A stretch of DNA of 57,836 nt from positions 1-57,836 of the forward strand of contig JAKLKB010000027.1 in assembly GCA_023150835.1 (NCBI GenBank), in the 5' to 3' direction. A model generated the notes under the pieces. That model was given only the letters and a program-made list of their open reading frames with translations, did not search any database and was not told the DNA's origin. Both the position numbers and the translations under genes were made by a program. Of the stretch, positions 38,069 to 48,800 are shown piece after piece. Source of the stretch: Myxococcota bacterium (GTDB lineage: Bacteria > Myxococcota_C > UBA6777). How positions within the stretch are numbered: position 1 is the first letter of the stretch; the number at the start of each line of letters is the position of its first letter.

Positions 38069-38782
38069 ATGCGTATCCCCACTCGATCGATCCCAACCCT
38101 GCTTTTTTTCTGCGCCTCCGCCCTTGCTTTCGGCGTTTTCGTCACACCCACCGCCCACTCCTTTTTGCCGGGCCGTACCCCTCTCGCAAGCAAGGTCCCC
38201 GCCAATCTTCCCGGTCGTCAACGTGTCACCCGCAGCTTTCCGATCGAAAAAGACGCCTACGCAACCATCACCATCTCCGAAACAGGCGGACACAAGATCG
38301 CTTTGCGCGCCACCAACAACAAAATCCAAGTCTTTCGCGACGAAGCCAAAGGCACTCTACGCGCCCGCTTTGCCGTCAAAAAAGGCGAACTCACCCTCCA
38401 CATCATCAACCGCCACCTCGTCCGCCCCAAAAGCATCGTCTACAGCGTCACCCTTTGGCCTTCCATCGACTTCCTCAACAAATACCGCGCTGGCGCACAA
38501 CTCGCTCAAAACGAAACGCTGATCCTTCCCAAGCGCGGGCGGATGGCCAAAACCTACAATCTCACACGCTCAGGCTCCGTCACGGTCGAAGCCTCCGAAA
38601 GCAGCGGCTCCAAGATCGGCTTTGAGATCGTCAGCAATGGCCGTCTCGTCTTTGCTTCGGGCGCACGTGCTGGCCGTGTGACGGGGCGCGCCAAAGCCAA
38701 ACGCGGCGTCCTCACCGTCCATTTCATTAACAAGCACCTGTGGAAAGAAAAACGCATCACCTTCTCCATTCGGCTCGACTGA
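38069..38782 (+). CDS. Secreted protein with two tandem beta-sandwich (GOLD-like?) domains
   Basis: Signal peptide; two ~85-aa homologous halves ending G.LT.H.IN.HL..K.I..S. Confidence 0.65.
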   Translation: MRIPTRSIPTLLFFCASALAFGVFVTPTAHSFLPGRTPLASKVPANLPGRQRVTRSFPIEKDAYATITISETGGHKIALRATNNKIQVFRDEAKGTLRARFAVKKGELTLHIINRHLVRPKSIVYSVTLWPSIDFLNKYRAGAQLAQNETLILPKRGRMAKTYNLTRSGSVTVEASESSGSKIGFEIVSNGRLVFASGARAGRVTGRAKAKRGVLTVHFINKHLWKEKRITFSIRLD

Positions 38783-38971
38783 TCGCACAACATACTCCCT
38801 GCTCGCATCCGAAATGCACCGTTGGCTTGGAGCGACTCGATCTCCAAGCCCCGACCTTTGCCTGCCGACTCCACAACCTCCCCGCCCTTGACACTCCCCT
38901 GCAAAAAAGTCATACACTCTCCGCCCAACACCCCCTCTTCGCTTTGAATCACAGAAAGAAAGGTGAAACGT

Positions 38972-41611
38972 ATGTACAAACATTCTCATGCCACCCATGC
39001 ACCACAACGATGGCGGCTGTTTTGCCTACGCATCGCCCTTTGTTGCTTGTTCTTTGCTGCTTGGAGTCCAGACACACAAGCACAACTTCCCTGTCCTGCC
39101 CGTGATACCGAGGCTTGTAACCTCTGGCAAAAATGCCAACAAAATGACGGCCCTTCCTGCTACAGCGTCGGAATGTTGCGATTGTATGGCGAACGCACCA
39201 TGCCTCGCGATCCTCACGATGCGATCGCCCTGTTAAGCCGCGCTTGCCAACACAACAGCGGCCCTGCCTGCTTTGGTCTGGGCGTCTTTTCTTCGACGGG
39301 ACAACACCTCCCCAAAGATCAAAAACGCGCACAAGCCCTCTGGCAACAAGCCTGCCAACTCGATCACGGCGCAGCTTGCCAACGCTCAGGACTCGGACAC
39401 GAGATCCTCGGACAACTCGACAAAGCCGAACAAGACTACAAAAAATCCTGCGCTCTCAACTTTCCCGCTGGCTGCACCAACCTCGGCTTGTTGCACCTCA
39501 AACCCTCCCACAAACTCTCCCTCGCACAAACCTCTCTCGAAAAAGCCTGCGCCCTTCAAGAAAAATCGGGATGCACCGCACTTGGGCGGCTCCACGAACA
39601 AGGCAAAGGCTATCCCCCCGTCCACCGCGTTGCTTTGCTGTTTTATACCCAAGCCTGCCGCCTTGGTGACGCCCAAGGTTGCGCCTCTGCTGCACGCCTC
39701 CACCTCAAAAGCCCTCAAATCCCCCAAGATCCGCAGATTGCAGCCAACCTGTTTGCTCGCGCCTGTCTGCTTGGACACCCCACCGCTTGTCGTGAAACAG
39801 CGCAACGCACCCCACACAACGCACAAACCACCGCCACCACCCTCACTCTCTACCAAAAAGCCTGCGACCAAGGCGACGGCGCAAGCTGCTTTTTTGCGGG
39901 ATCTCTTCTCCTACAAAACAAGCCGCTCCCTTCTCACCAACCTTCCACCGCCACACCACCCTCACTCCCACCCTATATCGCACAAGCTTGTCAGCGTTTT
40001 GAACAAGCCTGTAGCCTCAAAAACCCCGATGGATGCTACAACCACATCCTTTGCCGCTCGCGTGGATGGACACAACCACCCGTCACATCCGAACAGATCC
40101 ACTCTCTCTATCGTGAAGCTTGCAAAATCGGTAGCAGCCAAGCCTGCAACGAACTCGGCCTGCTCTTCCGAAACGAACGCAACAACCCAAACGCACAAAA
40201 ACAAGCGCGCCGCCTCTTTCAACGCGCTTGTCGTCAAAAACTCCCCAATGCTTGTTGGAATCTCGGACAACTCCTCCAAGAAAAACAGCGCAACCTCCGC
40301 GCTTTCGAAGCCTACCAACAAGCCTGCGATCTCCGAGACAAAGACGCTTGTGAATCCGCTGCGTTGCTCCTCCTCCAAGCCAAAGGCGTCGAACGCAAAG
40401 ACGACCAAGCGCGCTTGCTCTTTGCCCGCGCTTGCGCCCAAACCCACCCCCAAAGCTGCTATCATCTCGGATGGATGTGGCATCACCAAGTCGGCGGTCC
40501 CAAAGACGAAAACAAAGCTCGCAACCTCTACGCCGCCGCCTGCGAACACAACGAAAAACGTGCTTGCTACAACCTCGGCCTTTTACAGCCCGATCCCACC
40601 GCTGCTTACGCCGCCTTCCAAAAGTCCTGCAAACTCGGTTATGCCGACGCTTGCTATCACACCACACAACTCGATATCCAGCGCGACAAACTCACCCCTG
40701 CACAACGCCTCCAAACATACCAAAAAACCTGCAACGACGGTGCAATGCCCAGTTGTGCCACCCTCGCCACACACTACGAAAAAACCAACCGCCCCCAAGA
40801 CCTCGCCTCCGCACGCGCCCTCTTCACAAAAGCCTGTGACGGCGGCCTTGCATACGCCTGTAACAGCCTCGGCCTTCTGCTCGAACAAGGTCGCGGTGGA
40901 GACAAAGATATCGCACAAGCCCGTACTCGCTACGAAAAAGCCTGTGCCTCCTCCTTGAGTGCTGGATGCCACAACTTTGCACGCTTCCTCAGCCAAGGTC
41001 TCGGCGGCCCCGCCGACTCCAAACAAGCCCTTCGTCACTACGAACAAAGCTGCCAACAACGTCACGCGCCTTCTTGCTTGATGGCGGGCCTTCTTCTCCA
41101 AAAAAACTCGCTCGCCGAGTACGATCCCGCCCGATCCATGGTCTTGCTCGCTCGCGCTTGCCTACTCAAAGAACCCACCGCCTGCAACGAACGCGGATTG
41201 CTCAACGAAAAAAGCCTGCCTGCCGACGCTCGCATCGATTTCCAAAACGCCTGTGACCTCGGATACGCCGCTGGATGCAACAACCTCGCGATGATGCTCC
41301 AACAAGCACGCGGTGGCAACGTTGATCTCTCCCAAGCCCGCACACTCTACAAAAAAGCCTGCACCATGAAAGACTGGATCGCTTGCACCAACCTCGCCGC
41401 CCTTCACCAACGCGGCCTCGGCACACCCAAAGACCTCCGTAAAGCCCGCCGCCTCTACCGCCGCGCTTGCGATCACAACCTCGCCCCCGCTTGCTTTCGC
41501 CTCGGACACCTCCTCTTCCACCAAAACAAACGTCGTCACGAACGCAACGCCAAACGGCTCTACCAAAAAGCCTGTAAAGCCGGATACTCCCGCGCTTGCA
41601 ACTTCCCTTGA
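38972..41611 (+). CDS. Secreted Cys-containing Sel1-like repeat protein (Hcp-type)
   Basis: About 20 repeats of A..LY.KAC..G...AC..LG; signal peptide. Confidence 0.92.
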   Translation: MYKHSHATHAPQRWRLFCLRIALCCLFFAAWSPDTQAQLPCPARDTEACNLWQKCQQNDGPSCYSVGMLRLYGERTMPRDPHDAIALLSRACQHNSGPACFGLGVFSSTGQHLPKDQKRAQALWQQACQLDHGAACQRSGLGHEILGQLDKAEQDYKKSCALNFPAGCTNLGLLHLKPSHKLSLAQTSLEKACALQEKSGCTALGRLHEQGKGYPPVHRVALLFYTQACRLGDAQGCASAARLHLKSPQIPQDPQIAANLFARACLLGHPTACRETAQRTPHNAQTTATTLTLYQKACDQGDGASCFFAGSLLLQNKPLPSHQPSTATPPSLPPYIAQACQRFEQACSLKNPDGCYNHILCRSRGWTQPPVTSEQIHSLYREACKIGSSQACNELGLLFRNERNNPNAQKQARRLFQRACRQKLPNACWNLGQLLQEKQRNLRAFEAYQQACDLRDKDACESAALLLLQAKGVERKDDQARLLFARACAQTHPQSCYHLGWMWHHQVGGPKDENKARNLYAAACEHNEKRACYNLGLLQPDPTAAYAAFQKSCKLGYADACYHTTQLDIQRDKLTPAQRLQTYQKTCNDGAMPSCATLATHYEKTNRPQDLASARALFTKACDGGLAYACNSLGLLLEQGRGGDKDIAQARTRYEKACASSLSAGCHNFARFLSQGLGGPADSKQALRHYEQSCQQRHAPSCLMAGLLLQKNSLAEYDPARSMVLLARACLLKEPTACNERGLLNEKSLPADARIDFQNACDLGYAAGCNNLAMMLQQARGGNVDLSQARTLYKKACTMKDWIACTNLAALHQRGLGTPKDLRKARRLYRRACDHNLAPACFRLGHLLFHQNKRRHERNAKRLYQKACKAGYSRACNFP

Positions 41612-41613
41612 TC

Positions 41614-41679
41614 TTTTTTGATCCTCTTTACTCTCTTTTTTGATCCTCTTTACTCTCTTTTTTGATCCTCTTTACTCTC
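41614..41679. repeat. 22-bp tandem repeat x3 (TTTTTTGATCCTCTTTACTCTC)
   Basis: Read directly from the sequence. Confidence 0.9.
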
Positions 41680-41682
41680 TTT

Positions 41683-41807
41683 TTTTGTAGGGCGTTGCCC
41701 CACGCCCAACAAGGGACTGTCGCCCCTTGACCCCGTATCGGCGGGATGTGCAGACGTTTTCCACACCAACGCCTGCTCCGCTTGAAACATCGCGAACACG
41801 GGGTTCT
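41683..41807 (+). mobile_element. Family B element
   Basis: GTAGGGCGTTGCCCCAC..CAAGGGACTGTCGCCCCTTGACCCCGTATCGGCG..GCTTGAA..GAACACGGGG. Confidence 0.82.
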
Positions 41808-41851
41808 CCGATCGTGGACTCGCCCTGCACTGCTTTTTTTTGGAGGCTCTC

Positions 41852-42592
41852 ATGTCAGACGCTCTTCTCGTGCTCGCTTTTCTTGGAACGGTGGGCTTTC
41901 TTCTGTACCTTCTGATCCAGATGCGCCTTTATCACCGCAAAAGCTTAGAGGCTCATCCGCCTGTGATCTATCCATCCCCTCCTGAACACCCAAACGAGCC
42001 TTGGCGTTGGGCCGATCCGCGAAAAGCCCCCTTTCGCAACACGCTCTACCACCTATCGAGCGAACAAACCCCAACCTCCAGCCGCCTGCATCTGCCCTAT
42101 CGAAAAAAAACGGAACGAGCGCTCCTCGCTGCTTTCGGATACCTCGGTCTTGCGGCTTCTTTCGGCTACGCCGCCTATCTTTTTGCAACGCTCCCCCAAA
42201 CCGTTTGGACTCGGCTCTCCGTCGCCCTCTTTCTCTTTGTCTTGTTCGGCTTCATTCCCTATCTCTTCCTCAAAAGCACCGCACAACTAACGATGATCGA
42301 AACCACCCCAACCACCGCAACGCTACAGATATCTTGGGGCATCTTCTTCACCAAAAAGATCGTCCTCCCAAAACATCCTTCGCTCACGCTCACCCTACAG
42401 CCGGATTCTTTTTGGAAATGGGAAGGCACCAACGACGAATTCCTTAGTGGGCGGATGGGCCAAGTCGGTTGCGCTTTCTTGATCAAACGCCCCTACCACC
42501 GCACCAAACGCATCCATCTTCACATCGATCCAACCGCCGTTTCTTGGATCGTCGGCGGCCTCGCCTCATGGAACCAAACCGCTTCGCCTTAA
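41852..42592 (+). CDS. Hypothetical membrane protein
   Basis: GGAGG RBS; three hydrophobic segments. Confidence 0.65.
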   Translation: MSDALLVLAFLGTVGFLLYLLIQMRLYHRKSLEAHPPVIYPSPPEHPNEPWRWADPRKAPFRNTLYHLSSEQTPTSSRLHLPYRKKTERALLAAFGYLGLAASFGYAAYLFATLPQTVWTRLSVALFLFVLFGFIPYLFLKSTAQLTMIETTPTTATLQISWGIFFTKKIVLPKHPSLTLTLQPDSFWKWEGTNDEFLSGRMGQVGCAFLIKRPYHRTKRIHLHIDPTAVSWIVGGLASWNQTASP

Positions 42593-42690
42593 ATCGCTCT
42601 TTCCTCCTTCTATTTCCCCATTCTCTTTGCTCTTTCGGTGCCTTACGAAGCGTGCAACTCCCGTTGGTCGTTGTCCGTGCTTTCCGTGGA

Positions 42691-44040
42691 CTAGCTTTCG
42701 GAACCAGCAATCGACAACTCCTCGACCCAAACATCCGCCGCAGCGCCCGAAGGAAGGGCTTTTTCTTGATGGGAGATGTGGACGATCTGTTTAAGCATCG
42801 GCAAGATATCACCCGCAACGGTTGCGGCTTCGATGCTTCGGCGTTCTCCGCGTTGATAGCGCCAACCATCGAAGGGCAGAGAGAAGGAGCCTTGGAGGGC
42901 CTGTGTACCGGCATGAAGCGCGGTCAACTTGTCGACATACACCAGATCATCTGTCGATTCGAGTGAAAGTTCGGATGCTGCGGATTGTGCGCGCTGCAAG
43001 TGGAGATAGTGCGCGTCCACACTGACACGCGCCCCCACCACCGCATGCCCTGTTAATGGCTGCCCCATCACCGTAGCCGTGTTGGCGCAATGCAAAAACG
43101 AGACAAGCTGTCCATCCGAAATGATCGGTGTTTTGCGCGTGGGCGTTCCTTCGCCATCAAACAAAGGCATACGTATATTGTACGGATGCAGCGGATAATC
43201 GGACAAAGACAAACATGGAGACGCGATCTGTTTTCCGATATCTTCGGGACGAGACAAGCTCTTTTGATCGAGGATATGCCGAGCATTCCAAAGATTAGAA
43301 AACGCCCCAAGCAAGGCCAAGATCGCCGAAGGTGAAAACACCACCCCATAACGCCCTGATGGGATCTTTTCGTAATCCAGATGAGACAACACCTTTTGTA
43401 CCGATTCTTCGACACATCCATCGATATCCAGCCCAAGAAACGATGCAGCTTGGCGAACGGCATTTCCCATCCGTCCGCGTCTTCCGACTTCTTCAGCTTT
43501 TGGATACAGGTACAACGAACAGCGCGCCGCTTTTTGTCGCCGCGTCGCTCCTTCCGAATGCAGATAAAAGGAGGTGGTGGTTTGTTGTGAAAGCCCGTTG
43601 TACGGGATAGATTGCATCGCAGGATGCGCAGACAACACCCGTTGTTCGACGCTCAATAATGTCTCGGCCAAAAGCCCCGCTGTCACGGGTTCTGACGCTT
43701 GTGGCCTCTCGACATCCGCCAATGCTGCCGTTGCCTCGGGACTAAAGATCGGTGCATCTTCACGCGGTGCTTGTGTGCTGACTTCGCGGGCCATCGCAAG
43801 GGCTGTTTCCAACCCACCCTCCGAGATATCGGAGGTCGAGGCCACGCCGACGGCTCCTGATGGATGCCACACCCGCACCAACACAACGATGCTGTCGCTT
43901 GCACTCATCTGATCCACACGGCCACCTTGTACCGACACCGAGATATCCTCCGATACTCGGCCTGAAAGATCATACTTCTTGATATCCAACGAACCAGCGA
44001 GTCGATGGACGCTCGCCAACAAAGCCTCAATCCGATCCAT
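42691..44040 (-). CDS. pmbA: TldE/PmbA family protein
   Basis: FDGEGTP, GSFSLPFDG and ATVAGD; no HExxxH; downstream of tldD. Confidence 0.88.
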   Translation of the reverse strand: MDRIEALLASVHRLAGSLDIKKYDLSGRVSEDISVSVQGGRVDQMSASDSIVVLVRVWHPSGAVGVASTSDISEGGLETALAMAREVSTQAPREDAPIFSPEATAALADVERPQASEPVTAGLLAETLLSVEQRVLSAHPAMQSIPYNGLSQQTTTSFYLHSEGATRRQKAARCSLYLYPKAEEVGRRGRMGNAVRQAASFLGLDIDGCVEESVQKVLSHLDYEKIPSGRYGVVFSPSAILALLGAFSNLWNARHILDQKSLSRPEDIGKQIASPCLSLSDYPLHPYNIRMPLFDGEGTPTRKTPIISDGQLVSFLHCANTATVMGQPLTGHAVVGARVSVDAHYLHLQRAQSAASELSLESTDDLVYVDKLTALHAGTQALQGSFSLPFDGWRYQRGERRSIEAATVAGDILPMLKQIVHISHQEKALPSGAAADVWVEELSIAGSES

Positions 44041-44067
44041 CTGCTTTCTTGCTCCTTGTTGCCGCGA

Positions 44068-45579
44068 TCAACGACCACCGACTGTAATCTGTTCCACCCG
44101 TAGATGCGGCTGTCCCACCGTGACATATACCCGACCGCTCACCGAACCACAAAAACCGGGGGCGGTTCCGATATCGTCTGCGCACATCGAGATCTTGGGC
44201 ATGATCCCCGCAGCCGTCCCGATCAACGTGGCTCCCTTGACGGGCCGCGTGATCTTTCCGCCCTCGATCAACCAAGCCTCGGCCACACCAAAGTTAAAAT
44301 CACCCGTAGCACCGACCGATCCGCCGCCGAGCTTTTTACAATACAGCCCATGATCGACGGAAGCGATGACCTCTTCGGGTGTATGCGAACCCGGCCCGAT
44401 GTAGGTGTTGCGCATCCGACTTGCAGCGGCAAAACTGTGATCTTGACGACGCCCGCTCCCTGTGCGCGGATGGCCGGTCTTTTGCGAACCCAGACGATCC
44501 GCCAAAAAGTTCCGCAAGACGCCATCTTCGATCAGCAACGTCCGTTGTCCGGGCATCCCTTCATCGTCCATATCGAGCGAACCGAACAACCCTTCTGAGA
44601 GACCTTCATCCCACGCGGTCAATGCTTCATTTGCGATCGCCTGCCCTTTTTTGTCCCAAAACGGAGTCGTTTTTTTCTCGACTTGTGTCGTCTCCAACAA
44701 GTGACCGCACGCCTCGTGAAAGATCACACCGCCGAAGGCATTGGCCATCACGACGGGATATTCGCCTGCTTGCACAAAGTCCGCATACAACAGATGTCCC
44801 GCACGTTCGGCCAACGCCGTCGCGATCACTTCGCGATCCAGATCCAGCAAAAAGCGCGGATGACCGAAGTTTCCCTCGCGTTCGGCGACTTGTGCGCGGT
44901 GCGCTCCGTCCACACAAAGCGCGTTGGCTGCGGCGGTTTGATGCAGTCGGATATCCCGAGCAAAGATCCCATCGCTCGAAGCCACCAAGACTTCTTGCCA
45001 GTCTTGCAAAGCGTTGATCCCCGAAAACTGCCGATACTTGACCTCTTTGGTGATCGCAGCTTCGACCGACAGGAGATGCTTGCAGATCTCCCCGATACTC
45101 GGCATCTGTGCGCGCCATCCTTCTTTTTCCCGCAACACCGCATAATCGCGCAAAGGTTCCAACGCCACATCCGGCACCCATCGCCCTCCTCGCGGCAACA
45201 CCAAGCCCAACATCGACAAGGCTTGCTCCAACGACCGCCGTAATCCATCCCACGAGACATCGTTGCTGCTCACAAAGCCGTCTTGGTGGCCTCGAAACAC
45301 CCGCACGCCAACGCCTACAGAAAGGCTCGGAGAAATGCTGCGCACTTGGCCATTTTCCACAGCCATATTCAATTCCGCCCGACGCTCCAAGAAAAACTCC
45401 ACAAAGTCCGCTCCTGCGGCACGTCCCCACCCCAACAACCGCGTCAACGGTACACGCAACGACTCGCCAAACGCCTCATAGATCTGGCTCGCTTGGTGTG
45501 CGGCCAACTTTTCGGCCCGTTGTATCTCGACTTGCAACGCCATCCCATCCATCCTCTCTTGCGATTCTTTTCCAGTCAA
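44068..45579 (-). CDS. tldD: TldD metalloprotease
   Basis: HEACGHLLE, DDEG, TGSGRR..RMRNT and CGS..V.VGQPH. Confidence 0.93.
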   Translation of the reverse strand: MTGKESQERMDGMALQVEIQRAEKLAAHQASQIYEAFGESLRVPLTRLLGWGRAAGADFVEFFLERRAELNMAVENGQVRSISPSLSVGVGVRVFRGHQDGFVSSNDVSWDGLRRSLEQALSMLGLVLPRGGRWVPDVALEPLRDYAVLREKEGWRAQMPSIGEICKHLLSVEAAITKEVKYRQFSGINALQDWQEVLVASSDGIFARDIRLHQTAAANALCVDGAHRAQVAEREGNFGHPRFLLDLDREVIATALAERAGHLLYADFVQAGEYPVVMANAFGGVIFHEACGHLLETTQVEKKTTPFWDKKGQAIANEALTAWDEGLSEGLFGSLDMDDEGMPGQRTLLIEDGVLRNFLADRLGSQKTGHPRTGSGRRQDHSFAAASRMRNTYIGPGSHTPEEVIASVDHGLYCKKLGGGSVGATGDFNFGVAEAWLIEGGKITRPVKGATLIGTAAGIMPKISMCADDIGTAPGFCGSVSGRVYVTVGQPHLRVEQITVGGR

Positions 45580-45634
45580 ACACGCGATGGCTCCCTATCA
45601 TCGGTATGTATCGCGTGATCTCCAAACAAACACA

Positions 45635-45650
45635 CGGCACAATCCTTGCT
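45635..45650 (+). promoter_or_regulatory. Putative sigma-54 -24/-12 promoter upstream of the MscS-family gene
   Basis: CGGCACAATCCTTGCT fits GG-N10-GC / YGGCAC-N5-TTGC. Confidence 0.55.
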
Positions 45651-45658
45651 GAGTTCCC

Positions 45659-45755
45659 CCACTCCATCTACGATGGTGCGCCGTTTCTCGTGATCACGAG
45701 ATCATCGGCAGGATCGGCTTCGTCCACTCCATTTACGATGGTGCGCCGTTTCCCG
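45659..45755. repeat. 32-bp direct repeat pair (45659-45690, 45724-45755) with 33-bp spacer
   Basis: CCACTCCATyTACGATGGTGCGCCGTTTCyCG occurs twice. Confidence 0.9.
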
Positions 45756-45879
45756 CGCAATGTACGCCAAAAGAACCTAAAACGGCAACGTACCCCTTGC
45801 TTTTTCTTATCGAGGCTTGCTTCGGCGTGTGCGATCTGCACCCAGAGTCGGCCTTTATCACACGCTTTGGAGAAGACTC

Positions 45880-48800
45880 ATGACCCTGCCCGATGGTCAT
45901 CTTACCCACCCAACCCGAAACTCTCTTCTGTCTCATGTTGCGATCCGCCTTGTGCTTGGTGGATTTCTCTTGTTCTCACTTTGGACAAGCCTGACCACAG
46001 CCCAAGCCCAAAACCCCTTGGATCGGATGCTTGGGCGTTCTGGCAGCCAAGACAGCAACGAAGTCTCCGAATACCAAGAAACCATCCAACTCAAACAACG
46101 CCTCGAAGAACTCGAAAAAGACATCAAAGAAATCAAACAAAACAACCCTCTCCAACGCGAACGCTTCGAAAAAGAAGCCACCCAATACCAAGCCATCCAA
46201 AGCCGTTTCCGCGAACTCCCCAAACAACAACGCTGGCGACGTGAAGACAAGCTCCTCAAACTGCGCGCAAAGATCGCCGAAATGGGCGAAAAAAACGAAA
46301 CCATCCTTGTCAAACTCCAATCTCTTCTGCTCTCCCGCGAACAAAGCGCCACCAACCTCAAAGAACTCCTCGAACGCTATCTCAAATTCCGCGAAGACGC
46401 CGCCAAATGGCTCCAAGAGCGCTACCCCAAAAAAACCAGACGGCGTACCCTCCACCGCGATCTCAAACGCCTACAACGCCTCGTCAAAGAAGAAAAAAAA
46501 CGCCTCGAACAAGCCCAAACACGCCTCAATCAAAGCAACCAAGACATCGAAAATACCCAACAAGCCTTCGATCTCGCCCGAAAAAAGGCCGAAGACGATG
46601 CGCGGCTTGCTCTTGATTACGAAAAAACACAAGCCGATATCGCCGCCAAATCTGAACGCGAGGCCGCTGAACGTGAAGCCGCCGAAGCCAAGAAAAAAGC
46701 TGAAGAAGAAAACAACCCACGCCGCCTCACCCGCGCCGAGCGCCTACGCGCTTCCCGCGAAGCCTCCGAACGCGCCCGACGCGAAGTCACCGAACGCAAA
46801 GAACAAGAAAAACTCCGCATCCAACAAGAAGATCAACGGATGCTCTTTCAACTCGCCAGTCAACTCAACCGCATCACCCTCGAATTCCACCGCCGAAACC
46901 TCCAATACCTCCAACTCCGACGCCACGAACACACCCTCAACCACGAATTCCACCAAACCCAACATCGCTTCTACCTCTACACCGTCGAACAAATGCAGTC
47001 CCTCAAACGCAGCCTCGCCGCCAAAGAAAAAGGCGGCCTGCTCTACCACCTCCCCCTCGACTTCCAAGCCAAACTCCTCAAAGAAGTCTCCGAACGCACC
47101 CTCGCCCTCGTCGACCTCAACAAAAACCCCCTCCTGTCGCAGTTTCAAACACTCTCCAACGATGCCCAAAAAACATGGGACAAACAAGACCTCACTCGGC
47201 GTATTTTTCTCGCTCTCTACACACTCGCCTTCCTCCTCCTCTTCTTCCTCCTCCGCTACCCCCTCAAACGCGCCACCCGCGCACTCTCCACACCTCAAAC
47301 CGCAACAACCGCCACAAGCTCATCCTCCAAAACAGCCACAACACCCGCCTCCCTCGACAAGCTCGCCGCTCCGCCCTCATCGCCCGACACTTCTTCGACC
47401 TCTGACTCCGCCGATATCTTTGAAGCCCCCCAAGCCAAAGATCCAACAGATGTCGTTCAGCCCGAATCATCCGAGACCATCGCATCCAACCTTCAAGCCC
47501 CCCAAGCCAAAGATCCAACAGATGTCGTCCAGCCCGAATCATCCGAGACCATCGCATCCAACCTTCAAGCCCCCCAAGCCAAAGATCCAACAGATGTCGT
47601 CCAGCCCGAATCATCCGAGACCCTCGCGCCGATTCTACCTCCGCCCTCCAGCATCGGACTCACAGAAGCCAAGCTCACCGAAGAAGCCGCCAAAGGGCTG
47701 CGCACTGGCTTTGCCTTGATCCTGCGTGCAACACACCGCGTCTTGGCTTTTGGGCTGTTGTTTGCGGCGCTATTGACGGTGGGATGGGTGTTTTCGTTTC
47801 CGCAAAATATGCAATGGGTGTCGGGAGTGGTGGGGACGATGCTTTTTGGGCTGCGGCTGTTGTGGGTCAGCGCAGATCTACTCTTTGCAAAAGCACCGAC
47901 AGATCGGCTTCTTGCGAACCTCAACGATCAAGACGCTCGCGCCTTTCGACGTCTATTCAAAGGGATGGCGCTATTTGCCTTCCTCAACTACCCGATCTTG
48001 CTGCTTGCGCCGCTGGCTCAATACCCGATCACCTTTGTGCATATCCTTGAAAGCCTCTTTGTTGCGGGGATCTTGTTTGGAGTGCTTTATCTCTTCTTGA
48101 AAAAAGAACCGATCCTTGCGCTGATTCCAACCGATACGGCATTTGGTGCGCGTACCGCCTTGATTGTTCGCCGTGTCTATCCCGTCTTTTATGTCCTTGC
48201 CATCGGCATCTTTGGGATCTTTGTTGCGGGTTATCGCAGCCTCGCGATCTTTTTGACCATCCGAACGCTCCTTAGTGTCGTGTTGTTGCTGAGTGCCTAC
48301 AGCATCCAGCTTTTGATCTGGACGTTGGCGATGGCGATCGTCTCGCGCTTCCAAGGCAACAAAGGCGAAACCAAACGCACCCAAAACAATCTCTTGCGCT
48401 TGTTGCGCTTGGCCGTCACCCTCTTGACTGCGCTGATCACGCTGTCGTTGTTGCTCGAAACGTGGGACATCGCGGGTGGCTACAAAGCCGTCCTCAACCT
48501 GCTCGATACACCTTTCTTCCAAATCGAAAAAACCCAGATATCCGTTGTTTCCATCTTCAAATTGTTGATATCTGTCTTTGGCTCTTTTTGGCTGTCTGCG
48601 TGGTTGAAACAGCGCCTTCATCACCTGATCTATCCGCTGCTTCGGTTCTCTTTGCCCAACCGCCACGCTGCCGATACAGTCGTCCACTACAGCACGATTA
48701 TCCTCGGTGTTCTTGTCGGCCTCCAATGGATGGGCGTTGGGATCGGCGTCCTTGCTGTATTTGCCGGTGTCATCGGCATCGGCATCGGCTTTGGTACGCA

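Noticed and set aside
9132-45755. Repeat-spacer-repeat units as bona fide CRISPR arrays
   Set aside because: Each has only two repeats, the repeats are unrelated between loci and two derive from coding sequence; there is no leader or cas gene in the window.
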